A stretch of 64,000 nt of DNA. It comes from Bermanella sp. GTDB lineage: Bacteria; Pseudomonadota; Gammaproteobacteria; Pseudomonadales; Oceanobacteraceae. Positions 38,987 to 49,465 of this stretch are shown in pieces (the first letter of the stretch is position 1; the number at the start of each line of letters is the position of its first letter). The DNA is taken from the NCBI GenBank assembly GCA_034112345.1, contig JAWUVN010000036.1:2792-66791 (forward strand), written 5' to 3'. The notes beneath the pieces are model-generated. The model ran no database searches, was not told the DNA's origin, and saw only the letters and a list, made by a program, of their open reading frames with translations. The position numbers and the translations under genes were made by a program.

Positions 38987-39772
38987 ATGCATGCAGCACT
39001 TTGGGTCGCTAAAACCGGGTTAAATGCACAAGACCACAGCTTAACCAGCATTTCAAATAACTTGGCAAACGTATCAACCACAGGTTTTAAAAAAGACCGT
39101 GCGGTATTTCAGGATTTGGTTTATCAAATTCAAAGACAGCCAGGCGCGTTATCAAGTCAAGACACTCGCTTGCCATCAGGCTTGCAACTGGGAACAGGGG
39201 TGAAAGTAGCAGGCACTCAAAAAATACATACAAGCGGTAGCCTACAAGAAACGTCTCAACCATTGGATTTGGCTGTAAATGGCCGAGGGTTCTTTCAAAT
39301 AGCCATGCCAGATGGCACCACTGCATACACGCGTGATGGTACTTTTCATATGGACGCAGAAGGGCAGGTAGTTAACGCGGTTGGGTATTTATTAGAACCT
39401 AATATTACGATTCCAGATCAAACCAATACCCTTACTATTAGCCGTGACGGGATTGTGAGTGTGACTCAATTTGGCGAAACAAATCCAACTGAAATTGGTC
39501 AGATTGATGTGGTCGACTTTGTTAACCCAACCGGTCTACAAGCCATGGGTGGAAATTTATTTTTAGAAACGGCCAGTTCGGGCGCACCTCAAGTTGGTGT
39601 AGCTGGTGAAGCCGGTTACGGCTCTATAGAGCAAGGCATGTTAGAAAATTCAAACGTAGCGGTTGTAGAAGAGATGGTGCAAATGATCACTGTTCAGCGT
39701 GCTTACGAAATGAATTCTAAAGTGGTCAGCAGTGCCGATCAAATGCTTCAGTATCTGGCTCAAAATACTTAG
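38987..39772 (+). CDS. flgG: Distal rod protein FlgG
   Basis: 'ALWVAKTGL', 'SNNLANVSTTGFKK', 'LENSNV.VVEEMV.MI..QRAYEMNSK'. Confidence 0.98.
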   Translation: MHAALWVAKTGLNAQDHSLTSISNNLANVSTTGFKKDRAVFQDLVYQIQRQPGALSSQDTRLPSGLQLGTGVKVAGTQKIHTSGSLQETSQPLDLAVNGRGFFQIAMPDGTTAYTRDGTFHMDAEGQVVNAVGYLLEPNITIPDQTNTLTISRDGIVSVTQFGETNPTEIGQIDVVDFVNPTGLQAMGGNLFLETASSGAPQVGVAGEAGYGSIEQGMLENSNVAVVEEMVQMITVQRAYEMNSKVVSSADQMLQYLAQNT

Positions 39773-39833
39773 TGAGTTGGTTTATGTTTTTATGTTTTTG
39801 AAAACAAATGAAATAACCAGATATACATAAAAT

Positions 39834-39869
39834 ATAGAGTGCATTAGAGCCAGTGGCGCGTAATGCATC
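39834..39869 (+). repeat. Solo REP of the same family as 8341-8375
   Basis: ATAGAGTGCATTAGAGCCAGTGGCGCGTAATGCATC; 27/36 identical to the 8341 copy with a compensatory T-A to C-G stem change. Confidence 0.65.
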
Positions 39870-39902
39870 GCATATCACCAGAAAAAAATGGGAAGGTGAG
39901 TG

Positions 39903-40568
39903 ATGAAAAAATTATTAACAATACTCAGCGTTCTAAGTTTAACTGCATGCAGCTCAGTCATGCCAATGGACGAAAGACCTGATGACCCTGACTTTGCACC
40001 GGTACCTGCGCAATCGTTAAAGCCACCGGCTATATCAGATGGCTCGCTGTATCAAAATAATTATGCCATCTCATTGTACAGTGACCAACGAGCTAGGCGT
40101 ATTGGTGATGTGATTACCGTTATGTTACAAGAGCAAACTAACGCGTCTAAATCTAATTCAGCATCAACCAGTAAAGACAGTGAGTTAACGATTACACCGA
40201 CTAGCCTTTTTGGTGGTATACACCCAGCATTAGCATCATCATTAACTGGGGAACGTTCATTTTCAGGGCAAGGGGATACAGGCCAGAGCAACAGTTTAGA
40301 TGGTCAAATTACCGTAACCATTAGTGCTATTTATCCCAATGGAATTTTAGAAATACGAGGAGAGAAATGGTTAAGTTTGAATCAAGGTGATGAATTCATT
40401 CGCGTAAGAGGTCTAGTACGCCCAGAAGACATTGGTTCAGATAACACCGTGCAATCTAGTAAGTTAGCCGATGCACGTATTAGTTATGGCGGCACAGGTT
40501 ACATAGCCAGCGCCAGTAAACCAGGCTGGGTAACCCGATTCTTTAACAGTGAATGGTGGCCTTTTTAA
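39903..40568 (+). CDS. flgH: L-ring lipoprotein FlgH
   Basis: Lipobox LTAC, 'GDVITV.L.E', 'GEKWLSLNQGDEFIR', 'ADARISY', terminal WWPF. Confidence 0.96.
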   Translation: MKKLLTILSVLSLTACSSVMPMDERPDDPDFAPVPAQSLKPPAISDGSLYQNNYAISLYSDQRARRIGDVITVMLQEQTNASKSNSASTSKDSELTITPTSLFGGIHPALASSLTGERSFSGQGDTGQSNSLDGQITVTISAIYPNGILEIRGEKWLSLNQGDEFIRVRGLVRPEDIGSDNTVQSSKLADARISYGGTGYIASASKPGWVTRFFNSEWWPF

Positions 40569-40574
40569 TAACTT

Positions 40575-40736
40575 AATCGGGCAGAGGCTACCCTCGTACG
40601 AGTTCACCCCGTGAGCGATAGTTAAAGCAAAAATTAAAGCAGGCAGCACACTTATCATTGGTGCTAGAGGTTACTTTCAGGCGACCAAACAATCGGGCAG
40701 AAACGGCCCTCGTCGGAGCTCACCCCGTGAGCGATA
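40575..40736. repeat. Two 46-bp direct repeats (40575-40620, 40691-40736) containing REP-like hairpins
   Basis: AATCGGGCAGA....CCCTCGT..GAG.TCACCCCGTGAGCGATA, 39/46 identical. Confidence 0.8.
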
Positions 40737-40753
40737 AATGAAGTAAAGAAATA

Positions 40754-40769
40754 CGGAAGGATTTTTGCA
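40754..40769 (+). promoter_or_regulatory. Possible internal sigma54 promoter for flgI
   Basis: CGGAAGGATTTTTGCA (GG-N10-GC, good -12, weaker -24). Confidence 0.45.
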
Positions 40770-40828
40770 GTAGGAATAGATTGCATAAAAAATTGGCAGA
40801 TTATTGTCGTCAATCACCGGATTATAAA

Positions 40829-41920
40829 ATGAAAATATGGATCACCATTTCGTTAATGCTGTTGTTTCAATCAGCCTATGTTCACGCTGAACGCATTAAA
40901 GACATTACAACTGTGGCAGGTGTGCGATCTAATCAATTAGTGGGCTATGGCCTAGTGGTTGGCCTAGATGGCACGGGTGATAAATCACCTTTTACCAACC
41001 AAACTTTCATTAACATGATGAATGAATTTGGCATTGCCATTCCTGCAGGAACTGACCCAAAATTAAAAAATATTGCAGCTGTCTCTATAACTGCAAACCT
41101 ACCGCCTTTTGCAAAGCCGGGCCAAGCAATTGATATTACGGCATCAAGTATTGGTAATGCCAAGAGTTTACGTGGTGGCACATTATTGTTTGCACCATTA
41201 CGAGGGGCTGATGGGCAAGTGTATGCCGTTGCTCAAGGTAATTTAGTAGTTGGTGGGTTTGGCGCAGACGGCGCAGACGGCTCAAAGATCACAGTTAACA
41301 TTCCAAGTGTGGGCCGCATTCCTAATGGGGCGACAGTAGAGCGTGCAGTTGCAAATGGTTTTAGTAAGGGTGACAGCTTGGTTTTAAACTTAAACCGCCC
41401 TGATTTCACCACCGCTAAACGACTGTCAGACAGTATTAATCAACTTTTGGGCCCATCAACGGCGTATGCGGTTGATGCTACTTCAGTTAGAGTCAGTGCC
41501 CCCAGAGATCCCAGTCAACGGGTTTCATTTTTATCCATGGTTGAGAACCTAAGTGTGACGCAGGGCGAAGCAAGAGCCAAAGTGATTATAAACAGCCGAA
41601 CCGGAACAATTGTTATTGGTAAGCATGTAAAAATATCCCCTGTAGCTGTTACACACGGTAGTTTAACGGTTACCGTGAAAGAAAATTTAGAGGTAAACCA
41701 GCCTGGTGCATTAGCAGGGGGGGAAACAGCGGTTATTCCAAAAACTGAAGTGAATATTGATGAAGAAGGTAACCCAATGTTTGTATTCGCACCGGGTGTA
41801 TCTTTAGACGAAATAGTAAAAGCCGTTAACGAGGTAGGCGCAGCCCCTGGTGATTTAATGGCGATACTTGAAGCATTAAAGCAGGCGGGTGCATTAAATG
41901 CTGAGCTGATTGTTATTTAA
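40829..41920 (+). CDS. flgI: P-ring protein FlgI
   Basis: Signal peptide then 'ERIKDI', '[17 protein letters not shown]', terminal '[14 protein letters not shown]'; ATG 40829 preferred. Confidence 0.97.
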   Translation: MKIWITISLMLLFQSAYVHAERIKDITTVAGVRSNQLVGYGLVVGLDGTGDKSPFTNQTFINMMNEFGIAIPAGTDPKLKNIAAVSITANLPPFAKPGQAIDITASSIGNAKSLRGGTLLFAPLRGADGQVYAVAQGNLVVGGFGADGADGSKITVNIPSVGRIPNGATVERAVANGFSKGDSLVLNLNRPDFTTAKRLSDSINQLLGPSTAYAVDATSVRVSAPRDPSQRVSFLSMVENLSVTQGEARAKVIINSRTGTIVIGKHVKISPVAVTHGSLTVTVKENLEVNQPGALAGGETAVIPKTEVNIDEEGNPMFVFAPGVSLDEIVKAVNEVGAAPGDLMAILEALKQAGALNAELIVI

Positions 41921-42015
41921 GGATCAGGTTTATGGACCGCCCGCTATTTGTATCGTTTCATATTTGAATCACCCATTTACCGAAATGTACGTAATGCACG
42001 TAATAAGGCCGAGTT

Positions 42016-42330
42016 TTGGATAAACAGTCACTAATCACAAAGATACTTTCGTTAAGTGAGAGTATCTCAATGCTCGCAAAAAAGGAGAGCCTTGCGACCC
42101 TTAACCATAAGGTGGATCAAAGGCAGTTACTTATTGAAGCCTTATTTGAGCAATATTCAGGAGCGCTCAACGTCAGTGAAATACAGATGCTAAAAGCCAT
42201 TCTTGTAGACACTAATCAGCTGATTAAAAAAATGGAATCAGCCAAGTTGAATAAGAGAAATCGCATTATTGAACATAAAAATAAAGGTAAACGCATCCAT
42301 CTTTACACCTCAATTGCCAAGCAGAAATAA
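42016..42330 (+). CDS. Small helical protein, FliT-like flagellar chaperone candidate
   Basis: 104 aa, helical pattern 'DQRQLLIEALF' and C-terminal 'K....Y' resembling FliT; TTG start; inserted between flgI and flgJ. Confidence 0.5.
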   Translation: MDKQSLITKILSLSESISMLAKKESLATLNHKVDQRQLLIEALFEQYSGALNVSEIQMLKAILVDTNQLIKKMESAKLNKRNRIIEHKNKGKRIHLYTSIAKQK

Positions 42331-42387
42331 CCCCGTATTCCAGTAAGACGTACACAATAAAGCATTAAGTATCGTGCAGATTTTTAG

Positions 42388-42521
42388 TTGCCGCTTTGAC
42401 GAAAGATTGCCGTTCTGTATGAAAAAACATGAATATTTCATAAAAAATTCTCTGATCAAGCCAAAAACCTCCTATAAAGCCTATAAAACTTCATAATTTT
42501 AAACATGGCCTGTGCTTTGCA
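42388..42521 (+). promoter_or_regulatory. Sigma54 promoter of flgJKL with upstream TTGCCG motifs
   Basis: TGGCCTGTGCTTTGCA at 42506-42521; TTGCCG at 42388 and 42407. Confidence 0.75.
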
Positions 42522-42595
42522 ATATCTAAGTTATTAATGAATCCAACTAACATTGTCATTTCTAGAATAAAAGAGACTGCTAAAAGGGGCTGAAT

Positions 42596-43789
42596 ATGAC
42601 TGCGATTAACAATACATTTAATTATAACGATCTAGCGTCTCTTAACTCTATTACACAGATGGGTCAAACGGACGAATCAGAAGCGCTAAAGCAAGTGTCT
42701 CGCCAATTTGAATCCATGTTTGTGACCATGATGTTAAAAAGCATGCGTGATGCCAATGCTGTATTTGAAGAAGACAATCCACTTAACTCTAACGAAAGCA
42801 AATTCTATCGCCAAATGTTTGATGATCAATTAGCGCTTTCTATGACCGAAGGCAGAGGCATTGGTCTAGCCGACAGTATTTATCGTCAGTTAATGGATCA
42901 GTTTGATATAGAGGGCAGTGATGATTCAGATAAACCTAATCAAGGCATTCCAATCAGTGAGTACCGTGGACCAAACCCATTCTCTAGTATGAAGCCGAAT
43001 TTAGATTTACAGCCGTTTTCTATCGAGGAAATTTCCGAACCCATTAACATTCCTCAAAAAGATCTTGGAATACAAGTAAGCCCTGAAGTAATGAAGCGTA
43101 TACACAATAGAAAGGATGCCGCCCAAGAAGTCATTAATGCGCCTAAAGCGACAAATGAGCCTTTATCCGTTATGCCGACTTTTATACGATCTGAATCAAC
43201 TGTACCCACATCAGTGGACTCTTCTATTGAAAAGAAAGTTGTTAACCAAAGTTCAGTGAGTAAGCAAACAGGCTTTGAGACTCCAGAACAATTTGTGAAA
43301 ACCCTTTGGCCAATCGCACAACAGGTGGGTAAAGAGATGGGGGTTGAGCCTAAGGCCATTATTTCACAAGCAGCATTAGAAACAGGCTGGGGAAAATACA
43401 TTATTCACGAATCAAATGGCAAAAATAGCCATAATCTATTTGGAATAAAATCAGATAACCGCTGGAGCGGTGCAGCTGCAAATGTCAGTACACTTGAGTT
43501 TAGAAATGGCATTGCACAAAAAGAAATTGCGGCATTTAGGTCGTATGATTCGTATGAAGCCAGTTTAAAAGATTATTCAAAATTTGTTAAAAATAGCAGT
43601 CGATATGAAGAAGCGGTTAATAACGGTTCTAGTATTAAGGGCTACAGTGAAGGGTTGCAAGATGGTGGATATGCAACCGACCCAAATTATGCGAAAAAAA
43701 TTCAACGAATAGCATCAGGAGAGATGTTAAATACCTTAATAGAAAAAAATACCACAGTGGCATCTCAAATCTCTGTAGGTAGGGGTTAA
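42596..43789 (+). CDS. flgJ: Rod cap / peptidoglycan hydrolase FlgJ
   Basis: 'QFESMFVTMMLKSMRDAN', 'QAALETGWG', 'HNLFGIK', 'GYATDPNYA'. Confidence 0.96.
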   Translation: MTAINNTFNYNDLASLNSITQMGQTDESEALKQVSRQFESMFVTMMLKSMRDANAVFEEDNPLNSNESKFYRQMFDDQLALSMTEGRGIGLADSIYRQLMDQFDIEGSDDSDKPNQGIPISEYRGPNPFSSMKPNLDLQPFSIEEISEPINIPQKDLGIQVSPEVMKRIHNRKDAAQEVINAPKATNEPLSVMPTFIRSESTVPTSVDSSIEKKVVNQSSVSKQTGFETPEQFVKTLWPIAQQVGKEMGVEPKAIISQAALETGWGKYIIHESNGKNSHNLFGIKSDNRWSGAAANVSTLEFRNGIAQKEIAAFRSYDSYEASLKDYSKFVKNSSRYEEAVNNGSSIKGYSEGLQDGGYATDPNYAKKIQRIASGEMLNTLIEKNTTVASQISVGRG

Positions 43790-43790
43790 T

Positions 43791-46769
43791 ATGGCTGACA
43801 TTCTTGGTATAGGTATATCTGGGTTAAAAGCTCATCAAACAGCGTTAGCGGTAACCGGTAACAACATATCTAATGTGGATACTGAAGGTTATAGCCGACA
43901 AGACGCGGTCATTACTAATAACAACCCTCAATTTCAGGGAGGGGTTTGGATCGGGTCTGGGGCTCAAGTAGAAGAAGTTCGTCGAATTTACGATGAGTTT
44001 CTAGTTGGCCAAATGCAAAAAGACACATCAACCTATAATTATTTTGAGGCATTATCCAGCAACGCAGGGCAAATTGATCAATTACTAGCGGACCCAAGTA
44101 CGGGTATTCAGCCTGGTATAGAAGGCATGTTCGGATCATTTCAAGCGGCTATAGATGATCCAAGTTCCCTGCCTGCAAGACAAGTTGTGCTTAGTGAATC
44201 GCAAGGGTTGGTAGACCGATTTCATGCGATCAGTGATCAATTAAGTGATTCTAATGAAATAGTAAATGGTCAGTTGGGTGTGTATGCCACTCAAATATCG
44301 ACACTGGCAGAATCAATATCTGAGTTAAATGAACAAATTACATTCGCTCAGTCATCAGCCAGTGGTAACTACCCAAATGATCTACTAGATAAACGAGACC
44401 TAGCCATTACACAGCTGTCTGAACTGATAACCATAGACGTAGTTGAGCAAGATGGTGACACACTGAACATTTTCATAGGCAGTGGTCAGGCATTAGTGGT
44501 AGGTAATGATTTCCATTCAATTACAACGCAACCCAGCGAAAATGACCCTACTCGAGATGCCGTTGTATATAAACAAAACGGTGTGGTGCAAGAGATCACG
44601 GATAGATTGTCGGGTGGTCAAATGGGCGGTTTATTGGAATACAGAAACACGGTATTAGACCCCGCGACGAATCAACTGGGTCGTGTGTCGTTGGCTTTAC
44701 AAGCTGAAATTAATTCACAGCATCAGTTAGGCATTGATTTAAACGGTACTCAGGGCGGCTTATTTTTTACCGATGTAAATGATCCAGAAGTTGCCCAGCA
44801 ACGGGTGATTGGAAATGCGGGAAATGAACAGCCAAATGATCGTGTTGTGGGTGTATATATCACCGATACAAATCAGTTAACAGACAGCGACTATAAGGTA
44901 GAATTTATAGGACCCAATGATTACACCTTTAAGGTGACTCGTGAAAAAGATGGTGAAGTATTATTTACGAGCTCTCTCAGTACAGAATTCCCTGAAAGTT
45001 TTGATATAGAAGGGTTTGATTTAACATTTGAAGGCGGCACTTATAAGCAAGGTGATGAATTTTATTTGCTACCTACTCGTGATGCGGCGTCAAATATTGA
45101 ATTAGACATTCAAATACCGCAAGAGCTAGCCTTAGCGACAGCAGTTATGACTGACTTTGACGTGGGTAACCAAGGACAAGCCAATATTAGTTCTGGTGTT
45201 GTTTATGATATGGATACGGCAGCGTTTGAAGTACCCGGAGAGTTAACGCCGCCATTAATCATAAAATTTACCAGTGATAGTACCTACGATGTTTTAGATA
45301 ACACTGACCCAGCTAATCCAGTTCCATTGTTTCCACCGATTATGAATCAAAACTTTGTTTCGGGCGTGGTAAATGATCTATTACCAAAGGATGAAGGTAA
45401 AACAGCCATTACTTCAGTTGGTGGATATTTGCCGACAGCTGCATCTTTCCAAGATTACGATGAAGTATTTGTCACACCCGGTAATGGTTTTTTTCCCGCA
45501 CGATTAACCATAGAAGACCCAGATCTGATTAATGGTGGAACAAAAAGTAGGGGGGTTTTAACTATACCTGCAGAAACTCCTGCCAATGAAATAGCCGAAA
45601 TTTTAAGCAGTCAAAACGGCATAACCGCATCAGCACGAACAGAAATTCAATTAACAAACTTCACAGATGATCCCGTTGGATTTTTGGATCAAGTGATGTA
45701 TTTAAATGGGGTTGAGTTAACGGATGCATTACCAAGTGGTCAAGTGAAATATGACGATACTTACCCACTGGATGTCCCAAACCCTATAAATTCTGACTTT
45801 TTAGCAGACAGAATTAATGCAAATTTCGACTTTCAAGACATGGGCATCGTGGCAAAAAGTGATGGATCGACATTAACTATTACAGCGTTTAATGGCGAAG
45901 ATCTATCCATTGAATTTCAAGGTGATCATGGAGACAGTATTTCGGTTTCGAATGGACAGAATATTTATATCAATCCCACAGGCGAGGCCCTTTCGGAACC
46001 TCTGAATAAATATGACGGCTATGACTTTACCGAAGGCGGTCCATTTACCTATGAGTTTGAAGTGCCAGGGCAGGGTTCGTTTAATATTGAGTTGACTGGG
46101 TCGTATGCCACTGGGGCCGATTTAATTACAGAAATAGAAGCTCAAATTAATAGTACTAACTTCTCTAACAATGGAACGGTAGTCGTCGATATTGATGAAA
46201 GAGGTAATATATTATTTCAAAATCAATTAGATATTAGCCCAAGCGGCACCAATGGCAGTGCCAAGTTAACAATGGGTGGTCAAGTTAAAGTCATTCTTGA
46301 TGAAGGCATGGTGATTTCATCTCAGCCGCCTTTAAGCAATTTATTTGAAGAGTTTCCTGTTCAAGAGTCTGTGTATTTAGGTTATGAACTCACTATGGAT
46401 GGCACGCCTAAAGAAGGCGATCTATTTTATGTAGACTTTAATGAGAACGCCGTCACCGATAACCGAAATGGTGCATTATTGGGTGCTGTGCAATCAAAAG
46501 AATTAATAGAAGATGAAATGAGCATCAGTGAAGCCTACGGAAAATCAGTAGAAGAAGTGGGTTCAATAACAGCACGGGCTCAAATAAATACCGAAAGCTC
46601 AGAAGTATTACTGGCCAACAGTACAAACAGTGTTAGTTCAGTTAGTGGTGTGAACCTTGATGAAGAAGCTGCCAATTTAATACGATTTGAGCAAGGATAT
46701 AATGCATCCGCTCAAGTTATTTCAGTCGCACGAGACATATTTAGTACGTTAATTGGCATGTTTAGATAA
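43791..46769 (+). CDS. flgK: Hook-associated protein FlgK, giant (992 aa)
   Basis: 'GNNISNVDTEGYSRQ', 'NDLLDKRD', C-term 'SGVNLDEEAANLIRFEQGYNASAQVI'; large central insertion. Confidence 0.96.
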   Translation: MADILGIGISGLKAHQTALAVTGNNISNVDTEGYSRQDAVITNNNPQFQGGVWIGSGAQVEEVRRIYDEFLVGQMQKDTSTYNYFEALSSNAGQIDQLLADPSTGIQPGIEGMFGSFQAAIDDPSSLPARQVVLSESQGLVDRFHAISDQLSDSNEIVNGQLGVYATQISTLAESISELNEQITFAQSSASGNYPNDLLDKRDLAITQLSELITIDVVEQDGDTLNIFIGSGQALVVGNDFHSITTQPSENDPTRDAVVYKQNGVVQEITDRLSGGQMGGLLEYRNTVLDPATNQLGRVSLALQAEINSQHQLGIDLNGTQGGLFFTDVNDPEVAQQRVIGNAGNEQPNDRVVGVYITDTNQLTDSDYKVEFIGPNDYTFKVTREKDGEVLFTSSLSTEFPESFDIEGFDLTFEGGTYKQGDEFYLLPTRDAASNIELDIQIPQELALATAVMTDFDVGNQGQANISSGVVYDMDTAAFEVPGELTPPLIIKFTSDSTYDVLDNTDPANPVPLFPPIMNQNFVSGVVNDLLPKDEGKTAITSVGGYLPTAASFQDYDEVFVTPGNGFFPARLTIEDPDLINGGTKSRGVLTIPAETPANEIAEILSSQNGITASARTEIQLTNFTDDPVGFLDQVMYLNGVELTDALPSGQVKYDDTYPLDVPNPINSDFLADRINANFDFQDMGIVAKSDGSTLTITAFNGEDLSIEFQGDHGDSISVSNGQNIYINPTGEALSEPLNKYDGYDFTEGGPFTYEFEVPGQGSFNIELTGSYATGADLITEIEAQINSTNFSNNGTVVVDIDERGNILFQNQLDISPSGTNGSAKLTMGGQVKVILDEGMVISSQPPLSNLFEEFPVQESVYLGYELTMDGTPKEGDLFYVDFNENAVTDNRNGALLGAVQSKELIEDEMSISEAYGKSVEEVGSITARAQINTESSEVLLANSTNSVSSVSGVNLDEEAANLIRFEQGYNASAQVISVARDIFSTLIGMFR

Positions 46770-46840
46770 AAATATTACACATAACCATATCTATGGCCGA
46801 TTGAATAAAACACAACAAAGAATTTGAACCGAGGTGTCCC

Positions 46841-48079
46841 ATGCGCATTTCAACGTTGCAACAACATAATACGGGTGTTCGCCAGTTACTTAATAACCAG
46901 GCGTCTACCGTAAACACACAGCAGCAAATTTCAACAGGTCGACGTGTCTTAACCCCATCAGACGATCCTGTTGCTTCTACGCGTATATTACAACTGCAGC
47001 AAGATATTAGTTTGCGTGAACAGTATATGGAAAACGTAACGGGTGCGACAAACCGATTGAATTTGGAGGAAGCCACACTATCGAGTGTAACGGATAATAT
47101 TGCCAAGATTCGAGAACTCACCGTTTATGCTGGCAATGGTTCAATGACAGCAGAAGACCGCAGTTATGTCGCCGTGGAAATAGAGACTCGATTAGAAGCC
47201 CTGGTTGATTTAATGAATACAAAAGACGCCAGTAATACCTATATATTTGCTGGTTTTAAAGGAGAAACTGAACCATTTCAAACTCGCGCAGGCGGTGGAG
47301 TGAGTTATGAAGGAGATGATGGAGAGAGAATCTTAGAAATATCAAACAGTACAGATATACAAACGAATGATTCGGGTAAAAACTTGTTTGTAGATGTAAA
47401 AAGCATCCAAGATACATTCTTTACTGAAGATAATTCACGTAATACAGGAACGGGCTTTATCACCAATGGTTTTGTTTCTGACCAAGCAGCGTATTCAGAG
47501 TTTTACCCTGAAGACATGGTTATACAATTTAACCCTGATAGTTTTGTTACGCCAGCAGCCCCCAATTATTCAGTATTAACACGTTCAGAGAATAGAGCAA
47601 TTGATGGCTTGGATGGTGTTGCATACACACCGGGCGAAGAATTAGTCGTTCAAGGGGCCAACTTTAAGATAGCAGGTGACCCAGAACCTGGGGATACGTT
47701 TATTGTGCGCAGTAGCCCTAAGCAATCAATGGTAGATACTATTGCGGGGCTGGTGGAAGGTTTGCGTTCGTTACAAGATACACCTGAAGATTCAGCGTCA
47801 CTCAATGTATTGATAGAAAACTCACTATCAAATTTAGACTTTGCTCAAACTTCTGTATCAGAAGTGCAAAGTGAAATAGGGGGGCGATTAAATACGTTAG
47901 ATAATATTGATAACTTGCATCAAGATGTAGACCTAATAAGCCAAGAAGTTTTAAGTCAATTACAAGATGTAGACTTTGCTGAAGCCGTAAGCCGATTGTC
48001 ATTAGAATCCTTTTTACTAGAAGCAGCACAACAGAGCTTTACGCAGATAAATAGACTGTCATTATTCAATAGCCTGTAA
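46841..48079 (+). CDS. flgL: Hook-associated protein FlgL
   Basis: 'MRIST', 'TGRRVLTPSDDPVA', 'YIFAG', terminal 'LSLFNSL'. Confidence 0.96.
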   Translation: MRISTLQQHNTGVRQLLNNQASTVNTQQQISTGRRVLTPSDDPVASTRILQLQQDISLREQYMENVTGATNRLNLEEATLSSVTDNIAKIRELTVYAGNGSMTAEDRSYVAVEIETRLEALVDLMNTKDASNTYIFAGFKGETEPFQTRAGGGVSYEGDDGERILEISNSTDIQTNDSGKNLFVDVKSIQDTFFTEDNSRNTGTGFITNGFVSDQAAYSEFYPEDMVIQFNPDSFVTPAAPNYSVLTRSENRAIDGLDGVAYTPGEELVVQGANFKIAGDPEPGDTFIVRSSPKQSMVDTIAGLVEGLRSLQDTPEDSASLNVLIENSLSNLDFAQTSVSEVQSEIGGRLNTLDNIDNLHQDVDLISQEVLSQLQDVDFAEAVSRLSLESFLLEAAQQSFTQINRLSLFNSL

Positions 48080-48260
48080 TAAAACCATATACTTCTATAA
48101 TTGTTGGGTAAATTGGCTATATAAATCATAGATATTTTAAATATATGGCCTTGGTTCAATACTTGCTTTAACATAATAATAAAAAAAAATTGACGCTTTT
48201 GATTGATGACTTTAATAGCCATTTATTCAAAATGTAAAGTAATAGTAAGTTTGAGTTTCC

Positions 48261-49460
48261 ATGTTAAATAATGACGTGTTATTACCTATAATTGGCAGAG
48301 ATACCGGTCTTTTAAATGACGATATAGCCAATTATTCAGAGAGAATTAAATCAACCGTTTCTACATCTCGATTTCTTGTTTTGGGTGGCGCGGGCTCTAT
48401 TGGACAAGAAGTTGTTAAGGCCATTTTTAAACATGATCCTCTTAAGTTGCATGTTGTTGATATTAGTGAAAATAGCTTGGTCGAGTTAGTTAGGGATATT
48501 AGAAGTGAATATGGCTATATAAAAGGTGAGTTTATAACATTAGCTTTGGATATCGGATCTTTAGAATATGATGGGTTTATTGATTCAGACGGTCAATATG
48601 ATTATGTATTAAATCTATCTGCTTTAAAGCATGTTCGAAGCGAGAAAGATCCATTTACATTAAAGAGAATGATTAATGTAAATATTTTCAATACAGATAA
48701 AACCATTTTACAGTCTATTCAATCTGGTGTTAAAAAATACTTCTGTGTATCCACTGATAAAGCAGCTAATCCGGTGAATATGATGGGGGCATCAAAACGT
48801 ATAATGGAAATGTTTATTATGCGTCGAAGTGAAAAAATTGATATATCTACCGCACGCTTTGCAAATGTTGCATTTTCTGATGGTTCTCTATTATATGGAT
48901 TTCAAAAGCGTCTAGAAAAACAACAGCCAATTGTTGCTCCAGATGATATCAAGCGTTACTTTATTTCGCCAGAAGAGTCAGGTGAACTTTGTTTGCTTTC
49001 AGCATTATTTGGTGAAAATAGGGATGTTTTTTTTCCGAAAATTAAAAATGATTTTAAGCTGACTACGTTTTCGAATATAGCAATTAAATATTTGAAATAT
49101 CAAGGTTATGAGCCATTTTTATGTGAATCAGAGGATGAAGCTAGGGAATTGATAAAAACAATGCCACCTAATGGTAAGTGGCCCTGTCTGTTTCAATCGA
49201 GTGATACTACAGGTGAAAAAGCATATGAAGAATTTTACACGGAAGACGAAACGTTGGATTTTGAGGCATTTAACAATGTAGGAATCATAAAAAATAGTCT
49301 TAATTATAATAATGATATTATTAATGATTTTGAAAAATCCATTCAATCTATGAAATCTAATAATAACTGGAATAAAGAATCAATTGTAAAATTATTTATA
49401 GAAACTATTCCTAATTTTACTCATGTAGAGATGGGTAAATCACTTGATAATAAAATGTAA
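48261..49460 (+). CDS. legB: NDP-GlcNAc 4,6-dehydratase (LegB-like)
   Basis: 'GGAGSIG', 'SALKHVRSEKDP', 'STDKAANPVNMMGASK', 'RFANVAFSDGS'. Confidence 0.88.
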   Translation: MLNNDVLLPIIGRDTGLLNDDIANYSERIKSTVSTSRFLVLGGAGSIGQEVVKAIFKHDPLKLHVVDISENSLVELVRDIRSEYGYIKGEFITLALDIGSLEYDGFIDSDGQYDYVLNLSALKHVRSEKDPFTLKRMINVNIFNTDKTILQSIQSGVKKYFCVSTDKAANPVNMMGASKRIMEMFIMRRSEKIDISTARFANVAFSDGSLLYGFQKRLEKQQPIVAPDDIKRYFISPEESGELCLLSALFGENRDVFFPKIKNDFKLTTFSNIAIKYLKYQGYEPFLCESEDEARELIKTMPPNGKWPCLFQSSDTTGEKAYEEFYTEDETLDFEAFNNVGIIKNSLNYNNDIINDFEKSIQSMKSNNNWNKESIVKLFIETIPNFTHVEMGKSLDNKM

Positions 49461-49465
49461 TCATT

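Noticed and set aside
40575-40736. c-di-GMP riboswitch or mini-CRISPR in the flgH-flgI spacer
   Set aside because: No GEMM-type GGCAAA/GAAA tetraloop-receptor pattern; two copies only, 39/46 identical; better explained as REP-like
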